A stretch of 64,000 nucleotides of DNA, taken from the NCBI RefSeq assembly GCF_947568905.1, contig NC_079173.1, positions 21,328,001-21,392,000 on the forward strand, in the 5' to 3' direction. The stretch comes from Ostrea edulis. Its lineage: Eukaryota. This document shows, piece by piece, positions 51,801-62,915 of the stretch. The position numbers were made by a program, and so were the translations under genes. Below the pieces are notes generated by a model that made no database searches, was not told the DNA's origin, and was given only the letters and a program-made list of their open reading frames with translations. Position 1 is the stretch's first letter. Every line of letters starts with the position of its first letter.

Positions 51801-54800
51801 TCAATAGCAATAGGTCACCCGAGTCAACTCAGGCGATCTCATAAAGGGAAATAACTGAATAAGACCCACCGTCTTGCCATATTCTTTGTGGAGATTGTTG
51901 AAGAGGTCTACAGCGCTGTACGGTCTATTCTGTCTGTTCAAGTACTCCAATACTGCCCTGGCAGCTGAAGAAAGCAATATAACTGATTACAAACTTGAGG
52001 GTTTTTTTTTCCATCCACACCAGAAATATATATATATATATATATTTAATTACTATCAAATATGTGCAACAGTTTACCAGACTCTTCTTAAATTCAGTTC
52101 ATCCATATATTGTATCTACAAGGCTTGAAGCTAACTTTTTATGTCACCAGTCCAGTTGGACTGATGGGGTATAATTTCAACCAGTCCGCAGAAAATTTTA
52201 CCAGTCCAACAGAGTTTTCCAGAAATAATTAAACATATTTCGTTAATGTTATTAAAATGAAATTAAACTCAATATGCCTCAGTCAGACAATATTGTAACA
52301 CTTAAATGTGGGATTTATATTTACGAATCAGATTCGTCTGATATCTATACAGATCGAAGCATGCCAAATGTGTGTATAAAATTTCATAAGTATATTTTCC
52401 AAAATGATGCTTTAGAAAATTAACCAGTCCCATCAGACTGACTAAAACAAATGTCAGTCAGTCAGACTTTTAACCAGTCAAAGACTGACGGGCATATGTT
52501 AATTTCGAGTCCTGATCTAAATTTAAAATGACTTGTGCCATCATATAAATTATTCAGTATCACTACATGTACTTTCAAAATGAAATTGGATACTCTGCTT
52601 AGAGAAGCCAATGTGTCACAAGCCCTGATTCCCTTGCTGACAATATTTATGTTGACACACAAATCCTTTTACCAACAACCATTTTCTTGGAAGATCAACT
52701 TTACTGAAAACTTGAATGGGGGGCATGAATTGAACTTACAGTAGCCTCTTAGTCTTCATGATTCAAATACAGTACTGTCAAATCTCAAAGACAAAAATTC
52801 CAAATAAAGATTTCATAATTTATGATATGTAACTGCAATATCACATAATGAACATACAGTCAGAACTCAGGAAACACAAGGAGTGGCCTAACTAGTACAT
52901 TAATCAGATGGACCACAGTCCACTTAATTTCAAAGCAAAACATCTCACTATTATAGCTGGTGAATAAACATTCCTTTATACAATAATTGCAATGTTTTCT
53001 TTGAAAAGTAATTAAAGTATATAAATCATTCCATTTTCCTGAATCAGAAATGGAACCTTAAAGGACACATCGCATGTTTTTAAACTTTTTAATTTTTTCA
53101 GCAAAATTAATTCATTTCATGCCTAGAACTACTTTACATGTGTTTTAAATGAAACCGTTTGCGTAGTTTTCGAGTTTGAAAGCGATGAAATTCAAATCTT
53201 GCGATATGCATATTTTCTTCGATATTTTACGCGCCATTATCTGTGACGTCATATGCGACCTCGAGCGAGAAGATTTGAAAACAGATGTTAGCCATTTCAT
53301 AAACAGATTAGATTTAATTGACAAACAATCAATTATCACATTAACGGCTTGTAAATAACACTGCATTAGGGTGTTTTGTGCCGTTTAAGGGTGTACTTGC
53401 TGTCAGAAGAGAGGCTTTGGACTGTGTTTTTTTCAATTTTCGAAGGAAGGTATGAGGGACAAGACGTGAATATTTTTTGTCGGCACAACGACTTTGCCTT
53501 AAAAAACCCAGTAGAATTTGTCCCTGTACTTTTTCAAACAAGCACTTGGACAAAGACGTAGATAAACTGCGAGAAAATGGTTCTATCGAAGCTACCCACT
53601 GTTACATATAGGCCTACGGCTTATGCTTTCCGTTCTGCTCTCAAATTCAATACACACTCGCACCAACTGACCTTCACCTTGTCACACCATATAGGCAGAA
53701 CTTCGCTAGCAGTGTCTACCAACTGGTAGTTTTAAAAAAGAAATTTGAAGATGAAAGATAATTGAACTTTCAATTATAAATAATAAAATATGATATTTTC
53801 CAACTTTGAATTGAATTATAATGCTTTCATTTTTTTTTTTTTTTAAAGGAACACGTACGTGTTTACAACAACGTACAGCACGCCGCGCTCCCACTTCCTA
53901 AGTAACAACGTGTAGATAACAAAAAAAAAAATAATGATTAATAAAATTGCTTGAATAAAATAATTTAAAGGCATTGGGATTTTCACCATAAGTTTGATAA
54001 TTTTCATTATTTTATTTTTTTTTCGAAATGCACCCGTGACAGTAGGCCTAGTTGTCAATGATACATAATCGTATCATAATTTAGATCTATCTAACTTCTC
54101 CAAAATAAATTTAATAATAATTGCACTGTTTATTTTCAAAAAGCAACAACGCTAATTACAGTTGTTTACAGAAATGACATTACCATATTCTGTTTAGACA
54201 GTGATCCCATGTAAACATTATTTACTCGCAGATTTCATACTCGCTTTCCTCGCTACATTTGGGCCGCTATTTGCATGCACTGGTGGCTAAAAGATATAAG
54301 ACTCGGGAAATTTGTTAACATCGAAATAAATGTTATCCATGGTAAATTTATTAGGCCCCTAAAACCCGAGTTTTTAAAAATATCTAACACTACTTTTACA
54401 ACAAGTTGATCGACGAAGGTCGCATATGACGTCACTGTACCACGTGGCTACCTATCTAATTAACTAGGCTTTTTGAAATCGGGGCTTAGATTTAAGTCCG
54501 TATTGTGGCTAATTATCGCAATACTTCAGCGAACGAACTATTACAATTAATTTCTATAATCATAAGGAAGATAAAATGCATATAATTTTGTATACTTTGA
54601 AAACACGATATGTGTCCTTTAAGTAAGTAAATCATGAGCTTTTTAACTTTTGCAAAAAGTAGGAGACAACATTTAATATCATTGGAAAAATGTCATCACA
54701 GCTGATAATCCTCCCTAACAGTTCCCTAATGTAACACTTCATTCTGTGTATATTCTTCATACTGCCATTACAGCTGCACAATGAAATTCAACTTCAAAGG

Positions 54801-56798
54801 AATGAAACAGATCAAAAAAAGTGAAACCAGTAGGCCTAGTTTGGAATTGCCAAGTCTAGTCTCTTTGCTAAATAACCTGTTATTTCCTTCACAGTAAAGA
54901 ATCCTCACTGTTACAGCCCGGGCAACGAAATTAAGGGCAGGGTTTTCTTATGATCTTGATTTCATGGGCCTGGGCCTTTCCAATTGGGAAAAATAGTGAC
55001 ATCTGCTTGTAATTGGGAATTTCCAAATGTTTCATACAAAGATGTAGGGAGAAAACCAATCCAGAGTGCACAAAGGTTTAATTCGACTCCTTCTGACTTT
55101 CAATTTGGTCAAAGTTTACCTCATTCAAAACAGCAGAGGTCAGAAAATTAGGTTTACTTAACAATTTTGAAGCAAAAACAGTGAAAACTTCGTTATATAT
55201 CCGGTCTGAATGTCCGGTGACTTTCCAGCAACGGTTTCGGAAACTAGTTCCGTTAAAAAAAAAATAATACAAAAACAGCAACATGTTCCAATCAAATTGG
55301 AACAGTAATGCAGTCCCCGGTAAACTTTTAAAACGAAAATCCAATGACCAAGGAGGCTCAAAGTCAAAGGGAGAAACAAAAAAAGCATGAAGAACATAAT
55401 GCTACTTTTTTTTGGTCTGGTAAAATGTGATTCGGTCCGGTAATGTTCCTGTGTTTACCAGACCGAATGTCCAGTAAAACATTTCAACATTTTGCGATCA
55501 CTGCAAACATTGTAATCTGTGGGTCTGTGAAGATTTATGAACAATTAGGATACTCTGCTAGATTTGTTTTCATTGTTTGGAAATTTCAAAGCAAAAATAT
55601 GGAAAAATACCTGTTTTCTAGCATTGGGAATGGGCCCTTATTTCGGACCCCCTACAGACCCTTAAAAAATCCGTTATAAAGGGAAAATACTTGCTAAATG
55701 CGAGTTAAAAATTGAAATTGTGAGTGAAAAATCACAAGTGGTAGCAATTTTTAGCGAGTGAAAATACTAATCTTTTTCTGGATTTCCTTGGTTATTGGCT
55801 GTACTTCGCAGTTACAATAATTTCGTCTTGTACATAGAAACGATTTACATAATGATTATACGTATTGAAAAAAGTAAACGTGGATCGAACAAATAACTAA
55901 GGCCATCGTCATCTCAGTCAGTGATGTCAAAGTACTTCAAGCATACTTCGGGCATCTCAGAGACACAGAGTTTAAATAATATTAACATGATGATCTTGTC
56001 TGCGTTTACACAAATGTGTTAGTATCACTGCTTCAAGCGGTGTCCTGCTGTGCGATATCTATAGTTAAACACTAGAAGTTATTTGTAGCGCATTTTTCAA
56101 CTTTTTTTAAAGAATGAAATCTCCAAATGTTTTCATTTTGAATTGACACCAACAGTCTTCAAGATTTCAAACCACATGATGTATGTAGGTGGTAGATCTC
56201 TAGACAGTGAGTGCGCCGCTCAAATGCACCCTATGACCCTCAACATGCATCAATGATGTTGTATGATAACATTAAATGGTAAATGAAAGAACTTTTAATC
56301 TTATTTTTATTATTGCACTCTATTTTCATATACTGTATTTTGATATAGAGACATGCTTGTTTTCTGAAATTCGTGTAAAAAAGCAATCGATTGAAAAATA
56401 CTATTACTTACAAGCTCAATTTTCCTAGTTGGAAAATAATCCACTAGGCTAAAATTTGTAAGTTATGAAAAAAGTTAATTTCGATCCCTGTGGCCCCGAG
56501 TGTCAATGCACTATGAGTGAAAAATTGATTCTAGAAGGGTCGTGTACCAAATCAACAAACAAAAACAAAGTACATACATGTGCATGCATATACAGAAAGA
56601 AAAAAAAACCATTTAAATAAGAAACTACAAATAAAAGTCATACAACGAATTTTCTAATGCCCGAACATTGCTGAAGGTCAGATGAAAAATATACACGAGA
56701 GCGCCGAAACGTACTTGGGGAAAATCATTAGTTTCATTGTATTACATTATATTAGAAGTCTTTAAATACAAACCATTTGCATCCTTGGATTTACTCAT
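39855..56798 (-). CDS. PSMC3IP: Homologous-pairing protein 2 (HOP2/TBPIP), 212 aa, 9 coding exons
   Basis: Exons 56774-56798, 51870-51964, 50497-50586, 50007-50118, 46507-46577, 45693-45767, 43617-43670, 43456-43515, 39855-39911 total 639 nt, all GT-AG and phase-compatible. Translation includes YLNRQNRPYSAVDLFNNLHKEYGK, KVYGKQKVYVADQSQF, VSPEEK, KYVKEWRKRKR and AILEGYPKTKKQLYDEVGIETDEDYNV, which are hallmark HOP2 motifs. Confidence 0.96.
40932..41186 (-). mobile_element. Short SINE-like retroposon (Deu/Nin-like)
   Basis: TSD AAGATATGAT at 40922-40931 and 41187-41196. Confidence 0.85.
41261..42367 (-). mobile_element. Helentron-type element with about six 138-bp tandem repeats
   Basis: AACAAGAG...TACGCCCGT start, 138-bp units (TTGACCTTTGACCTTGAAAAAC), GACG microsatellite, ACGTCCCGTC-TTC-GACGGGCGT hairpin plus poly-A. 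Confidence 0.8.
42870..43290. repeat. 69-bp tandem repeat, about 5-6 copies
   Basis: ATAACCACCTATCTCCCCAAATAACAATCTCTCATTATTCTGTCAGTAAGAACTCTCATATCACCAAAG units. Confidence 0.92.
45009..45702. repeat. 39-bp minisatellite spanning a HOP2 exon/intron junction, about 17-18 copies
   Basis: (CTCAGTAAGATTTGTAATATCTCACCCTGTCTTTCTGAA)n. Confidence 0.95.
45790..46045. repeat. 81-87-bp tandem repeat, 3 copies
   Basis: TTAACTTTATTAGTCTATTTAATAAACTAA...CCAGGACATAAATCCTTTAGGTAACT. Confidence 0.88.
46089..46359 (-). mobile_element. Short SINE-like retroposon (Deu/Nin-like)
   Basis: 11-bp TSD GGAACTAACAT, ending at 46088 and at 46360-46370. Confidence 0.87.
47116..47377. mobile_element. Foldback MITE with ~100-bp TIRs and 9-bp TSD (Mutator-like)
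   Basis: CAATCTAATT...AATTAGATTG ends; TSD TAGTGAAAT at 47107-47115 and 47378-47386. Confidence 0.85.
48286..49420. mobile_element. Non-autonomous element with GGCCA TIRs and TTA target duplication (Zator/PIF-Harbinger type)
   Basis: TTA|GGCCACACCAATTTGTAAAATAGTTCTTCGGATT ... AATCCGACGAACTAGATTACAAATTGGCATGGCC|TTA. Confidence 0.72.
48800..49061 (+). mobile_element. Short SINE-like retroposon (Deu/Nin-like)
   Basis: Family core in forward orientation with CAAT tail. Confidence 0.8.
50907..51843 (-). mobile_element. Second HINE B family copy
   Basis: AACAAGAGGCCCACAAGCC start and GGTCACCCGAGT..ACTCAGG hairpin end; shares internal sequence with 35722-37791. Confidence 0.72.
53062..54618. mobile_element. 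Non-autonomous Kolobok-type element in HOP2 intron 1
   Basis: TTAA|AGGACACATCGCATGTTT ... AAACACGATATGTGTCCT|TTAA. Confidence 0.78.
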
Positions 56799-56799
56799 T

Positions 56800-56890
56800 T
56801 TACTAAGTATCTCCAAAACCGCACATTCTCAATTTCTCGTTTTTATCGTGTTCTGTCGTGTCTGTTTTGTTTTAAATATGGCGGGATTAC
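56800..56890. promoter_or_regulatory. HOP2 5'/promoter region, with a YY1-type AATATGGCGG motif on the + strand
   Basis: Immediately upstream of the HOP2 ATG (56798); motif at 56875-56884. Confidence 0.45.
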
Positions 56891-56966
56891 TAAAGAGTTC
56901 CGTCAAGGGAAGTAACGCTGATTGCTGCAGTAGTAGCAAATCAATGAACTGTAAAGACAAATATAA

Positions 56967-57100
56967 TACATGTATCATAGGCGCTCCCCAGCTTAATTGT
57001 TAAATATATATATATATATATCTACTATACTATATGCTTATAGTATAGTAGATATATATATTTTTTTAACAATTAAGCTCGGGAGCGCCTATGACATGTA
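56967..57100. repeat. Near-perfect palindrome with about 5-nt loop
   Basis: CATAGGCGCTCCC.AGCTTAATTGTTAAA...CTACTATACTATA / TATAGTATAGTAG...TTTAACAATTAAGCT.GGGAGCGCCTATG. Confidence 0.9.
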
Positions 57101-57739
57101 TGACAGGACTTGCCAAATTGATCATGTCAGTTACTGCATGTCCATAATTTTATGAAATTACCTTCCTGTTGTATTTCATTCATTGTGTTCAACATTGTTC
57201 TTGTTGATCTTACATTTTTTGTACTATATATTATGCTCCATGTGGAACCTTTAGTGAAATAAAAAAAAATATTTACAAGTTTCAAAAATTTTCAAAGTTT
57301 TCTTAAAAGTCCACCTAATATTTTACTTGGAGAATTAGGCGCTATATCCTATTGATATTGTTATTATCCAGAATCATTGGTTTTACGCAAAGAATCGTCA
57401 ATGATAAATAAGGGAAACTTTCTTTTATTCTAATTAAATTATAAAATTACAAAACCTTTCACGATCAGAATAGTTTTCTTATCCAAAATGGTTAAGTCTA
57501 GGTAATTATTGGATCAATTCAAACAGATTTGGTATTCTGAAATTGATTATGCCTAAAGCTCTGGCTAGATTATGGATTTTTTTTTAAGCCTTTACATAAT
57601 TTTGAGAAGCATCTGATTTGTCTCTTACATGTTAAAAGAGTAGCTTTGTGTTATTTTAAATAGATGCATAAATCTTAGATTTTTCAATCGAGCAGGGTAG
57701 ATTTTGGAGTGTCGACAGGGACGATAAAATATGTAATCT

Positions 57740-57841
57740 TAATGTCGACTGAGATTCGGCTTGGCTGAATATTTTGACTGATGGGTGAAGGTAAAGGTGT
57801 CAGTCGAAATGTTCAGCCCAGCCGAATCTCAGCCGAGATTA
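57740..57841. repeat. Inverted repeat, ~42-bp arms and 18-nt spacer
   Basis: CTGAGATTCGGCTTGGCTGAATATTTTGACTGA / TCAGTCGAAATGTTCAGCCCAGCCGAATCTCAG. Confidence 0.85.
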
Positions 57842-58577
57842 ATGTAATCTACGTGAATTATTAGAATTATTATTATTAATATAGAATCACTATAGAAGTT
57901 GATTTTTATCAAATCTGAACGAAAATAATCCCCTTTTCTTCAAAAACATCTACAAAGAGGTTAAATGAATTTGATTAGCTGAAAAATTCGTTTGATCAAA
58001 GAAAACCTTATTTTGACTCCAAGTTATGTTTGAAATGATACGCCGTGTGAATTTGAAAACAAAATCATGTTCAACAACCTTGAAGAATTAAAAAAAAAAA
58101 TCTTATGTATCAATAGAATTTTTAAAACCAAACTTATCAATTGTATCAGTTAATATTAAATGTACTATCATAAAAGTACTATTTGAAAAATTAATTTTGA
58201 AAAAGATACAGAAATTAAACGAATTTTTCAGCTAATCAAATTCGCCATAAATTCATCAAGACAATAGATATAATAAATGACCCTCAGATCACCTATGATT
58301 TTTTTTTAATTTATTTATTGTTTTCATAATTTTCAACAAATACATATACACCTTTTACTAACACTCTCATACAAATTAAAGAAAACAATATAGACAATTA
58401 CATGTATATTAGTACTTATTGTTAAAAAAAGAAGAAGAAATGCTGTTATCATTAATTGAAAATACATTTCCATTTAGACCATTTGATCTTATGATCTTAC
58501 CAAACTATGTCAGTAACCAAGAAATCAATTCATTGTAAGCTATATATATACACACTGTACCTTCCACACTGTAAATC

Positions 58578-58860
58578 TTGTGGGGATCCGGGTTAAGTAT
58601 ATTTATAGGTCTTCAGTATCCCTTGCTTTTTGTAAGAGGCGACTAAATGGGGCGATCCTTCGGATGAGACCGGGAAAAAAATCGAGGCCTCGTGTCACAG
58701 CAGGTGTGGCACGATAAAAACCCCTCCCTGCTCAAAGGCCGTAAGCGCCAAGCATAGGCCAAAATTTTGGAGCCCTTCACCGATTATGGTCACGTCTCCA
58801 TATGAGAGTGAAAAATTCTTAAAAGCGGAACATTAAACGTTTAATACGATCAATCAATCT
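58578..58860 (+). mobile_element. Short SINE-like retroposon (Deu/Nin-like)
   Basis: Starts GTGGGGATCCGGGTT, contains GTAAGAGGCGACTAAATGGGG, ends CAATCAATC. Confidence 0.82.
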
Positions 58861-59251
58861 AGTAGTATAGTGCCAAGTTTAACATACAAGTTCATATGAT
58901 ATTTGTATTCTAATTTCCCATGTCTCTGAATCTTTGGGCGATTTTGGTGGGCTTTGGCTTGGGGGAGCATTCCGTGTGATCCGAAATGATAGAGAGGGGT
59001 ATATCTTTAACTCATATAGTTATCTCATTTTGTTTGAGAAACATCCCCTTTGGACGAACGAAGAGATATATTGAAGATATTTTTCATGCAAATCTTCCTA
59101 AAGATAGCTATTTAAGTTATATGTCTCTCAGAGAAAAAGGTAACCATCTAGAGATATATCTCTCTAATTAAGTGAAAGAGATATCCCTTTCTTAGAAAGA
59201 TATCTTTATTTAGAAATATATTTTTTAATATCGGGGAGATATCTTATTTTC

Positions 59252-59254
<3 letters not shown>

Positions 59255-59304
<50 letters not shown>

Positions 59305-59325
59305 TAGATTAGATAGATAGATAGA
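59255..59325. repeat. (TA)n followed by (GATA)n microsatellite
   Basis: Directly visible. Confidence 0.95.
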
Positions 59326-59357
59326 TGATAATTACTTTTCGCAATGATCGGTAAAAG

Positions 59358-59525
59358 TATAGGTAAAAAAAAAAAAGATACACGAGGACGTTTAATAAAG
59401 CTTTAGCGCTTTCATTTCAAATCTTTAGAAGCTTTACATTAAAGTGTATCTTCTGAAGATTTGAAATGAAAGCGCTAAAGTTTTACTAAACGTCCTCGTG
59501 TATCTTTTTTTATTTTTTACCTATA
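59358..59525. repeat. Long palindrome, ~75-bp arms
   Basis: AAAGATACACGAGGACGTTTA..AAAGCTTTAGCGCTTTCATTTCAAATCTT / AAGATTTGAAATGAAAGCGCTAAAG..TAAACGTCCTCGTGTATCTTT. Confidence 0.9.
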
Positions 59526-60057
59526 AATATACAGTATATATCTTTTTAAACTTGTATTTAATTTGTAATTCGTAATTTATGTACAGTTATTTGTATAAAA
59601 AAGAAAAATATTATATAGTTTTGCCTATTCTTACATGCATCAGTTTAATGTCCGTCTTTTATGATCGGCCGCAGTTCTCGAGCGGCCGAATACATTTTGT
59701 GGTTGTGTTAGAAATTGCGCATGGGGGAAATGAGAACTAATTTTCATTATCTCGGTACAATAATACCCCATTAATACATTCTGTAACATGTATAAATTCT
59801 GAATAAAAGATTTTTTTAAAGCAATATAGATATAAGTGTTAATAACTGTTACCAATACTCATTATTAATTAAACAATTATCATAAATCTAGGATTTTACA
59901 TGAAATGTTACTAATTCATTCTGCACTCCATCCGTAGCGCAAAGAAATGAAACAAGCTGGGTCGGGACAAACTCTATTGTTCTAACCATGCCGCGAAATA
60001 ACCAATACCAGAATTTGGAGCCGTATTGATCTAAGTCTGTCTTTCATAGAAGGAAAA

Positions 60058-60340
60058 ATCCCGGCCGCGACAGATCTAAGTCGTTAAAACAGGTAGTGTC
60101 AGTTCCATCGCCAAACGCTCGGCATCAGGTGTGAATGTCACAGATCCTCGGAGATTACCTTAAACAAGGATGTCCCGTGTCACAGTAGGTGTGGCACGCT
60201 AAAAAAAACCTCAATGCTCAAATGCCGTAAGCGCCGAGCAAAGGCCTGAATTTGAAGTCCTTCACCGGTCTTGGTAACGTCTCCATATGAGTGAAAATTT
60301 CTCGAGAGAGACGTTAAACAAGATCTCTAGAATCAATCAA
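60058..60340 (+). mobile_element. 5'-truncated SINE (MetaSINE-like)
   Basis: Body similar to 33576-33915, (CAAT)n tail, 14-bp TSD TCATAGAAGGAAAA at 60044-60057 and 60341-60354. Confidence 0.8.
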
Positions 60341-60376
60341 TCATAGAAGGAAAATAAAGTGAGATTGAGATCCATA

Positions 60377-60817
60377 GTATGGCAAGCCCTTTTACTATTT
60401 ATTCGAAAAACAAGATATCTCTTTAGATTAAAGAGATATCTCTTCACTTAAAGAGATATCTCCTTTACTCTGAGACATATCTCTTTTTACATCGATAGAG
60501 AGATATCTCTTTACGCTAGAGAGATATCTCTTTCTCACTGAGAGATATCTCTCTAGCATTGAAAGATATCTCTCAAAGAGAAAGAGATATCTCCGAAGCG
60601 TAAAGAGATATCTCATTTGTGTAAAGAGATATCTCTTTAAACAAAAGATATATCTCTTTTGTTTAAAGAGATATGTCTTTTGCTTAAAGAGATATCTCCC
60701 TAGCTTAAAAAGATATCTCTCTAACTTACAGAGATATCTCTTTAACCAATAAAGATATCTCTCTTATCTAAAGAGATATCTTATTTTACGAATAAATAGT
60801 AAAAGGGCTTGCCATAC
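60377..60817. mobile_element. MITE with 29-bp perfect TIRs and internal AGAGATATCTCT array
   Basis: GTATGGCAAGCCCTTTTACTATTTATTCG at 60377-60405 and its reverse complement at 60789-60817. Confidence 0.82.
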
Positions 60818-62167
60818 AAAAGTACATTAATTTGTCTACGTTTTATCGGAACCTGGACACCTACTGCAACAAGAACGAGTTCATAGCATTGTGGAGTATA
60901 AGTGATCTAATTGACAGTTCAAAGTGCGTTTTATAATTATAGAGTGTTAATATTGCTACATTGAGTGTTTGTTTTTTTAATTTATATATATTTGCATGAG
61001 TTTATATGCCGGTGTTGTACTGGTTATATACTAGCGATGTACCAACGTACTAACGAAACACTAGTGATGCACTAACGGAAATACTAACGATACACTAGCG
61101 ATGTATTTGCGATACATTAACGATAGACCGCCGATGTACTAGCGATACACTCTAGTGATGTATTAGTGATACCTTGCATGTTGACCATAAACTGAGAACT
61201 ATGTAATATATATATACTGAAGTGGACAACTCATTTCGTCAAAGTTAAAATGGACGTTGTAAATAATATGCAATTCTAAACGGACATATTTTAACATCAG
61301 GGGGGAATTATTACTTGTCAAGTTGTCCACGTGTTAGAGTAATTAAGAGTTAGAGCTACTGGTATTGGGGAATCTATCATGCCTCCTGAAAGCTTTTAGC
61401 GGGATTTTGTGATCAATATATGTCTTTCGTCTGGCGCCTGTCTTTAGAACCACGATGTGTCCTTGGGTCAAGGTGAATCAACAAGTTTATATCATATACT
61501 ACAGGGATTGTCATAGCTGTTCACAAGGGAAGGTGTTTGGGAAATGTGGAATACGGAAAATATGAGAGAGAAAAAATCAATAAAAATTATGAAACATTTT
61601 CAAAACCAATTAATTGACAAGAAAAACCGTGAAACTAAAGTATATTGTTTATTTCAAAGGGGTTAAGCCCGTTTTGGGCCCGAACTCTGTGATAGCATAA
61701 AGCTATATTTAAGGTATCACAGAGTTCAGACCCAAAACAGGTTTAGCCTCTGCGGTTTATTTGTTTTCTGACGTTTGTTCAAACCATGATTCCTCGGTCA
61801 GAGTAAGGTCAAAATCGGGATTCAAAGTTTTACATAGGAACCGTTTTAAAATATTCTCAAGAACCACAATGGTACCGAAAGACAAACTAATACACAATAA
61901 TCTTTGTGCAATGTACATCCGGGTTTGTTCCTACCCTGACCCACAGGATTATATGAAAAGCTATACGTAGAGGGTTTTTAAAGTTTTAGATTAATTAATC
62001 AATTAAAGGTTTAAAAATCTTCTTACGAACCACAAGCCTGCAAAATTGTAAAATTAATATGCAGGCATCCGTACATAACGTAGATTTAAGATAATTGTTG
62101 AATTTATGACCCCCGGTGCTGGCCATATTTAGTGTTGACTTATTATCATAAATCAATGTACAAAATT

Positions 62168-62431
62168 AAAGGTACAGAGAAATACAAATACTGCAGTATA
62201 CAATACACAAAGTCAGTATCCAGAGTAGAACAAAAGGTATAGAGAAATACAAATACTACAGTATACAATACACAAAGTCAGTATCCAGAGTAGAACAAAA
62301 GGTATAGAGAAATACAAATACTACAGTATACAATACACAAAGTCAGTATCCAGAGTAGAACAAAAGGTATAGAGAAATACAAATACTACAGTATACAATA
62401 CACAAAGTCAGTATTCAGAGTAGAACAAAAG
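62168..62431. repeat. 65-bp tandem repeat, 4 copies
   Basis: AAAGGTATAGAGAAATACAAATACTACAGTATACAATACACAAAGTCAGTATCCAGAGTAGAACA units. Confidence 0.92.
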
Positions 62432-62569
62432 AGTAAAGGAAGAAAGAAAAACAAAACATACGTACACCTATGAATATACCGTACATAAAGAACATGTACG
62501 TGTTGCAATGTACATATTCTGGAGGACTAGCGCATGAAAGTTAAGTAATCAAAGTGTTGATATAAGTGA

Positions 62570-62915
62570 TAAATTTACATATCTTTTTTTCAAAATGATA
62601 GTATTTTTAGATTGGGACAGATTTTTGTATTTAATTATATTAACATTTGTTCTGTTTTCCAAATTGATAAAACGATTTCTGTACAAACGTAAGTGTGGAC
62701 AAACTAAACTATAATGAAACCTATCTCTTAAGTCACATTTTTGTCACAAAAAATGCATTTTCTTTTATTTCTTTCAACATTTTGCCATTTACCAGTTTCT
62801 CTTACTAATTTATGGTTACAAGTTCTAAATCGACAAAAAGTTATTCTGTCTTTGATATCCAATTTATCTAAATAATCTTCAAAGCCAAAGTTTTCTTTAA
62901 ATATTCTACAGTTTG
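62570..62915 (-). mobile_element. LINE ORF2 3' fragment (CR1/L2-group-like)
   Basis: FEDYLDKL...RITFCRFRTCNHKLVRETGKWQNVERNKRKCIFC, a typical invertebrate LINE C-terminal motif. Confidence 0.6.
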
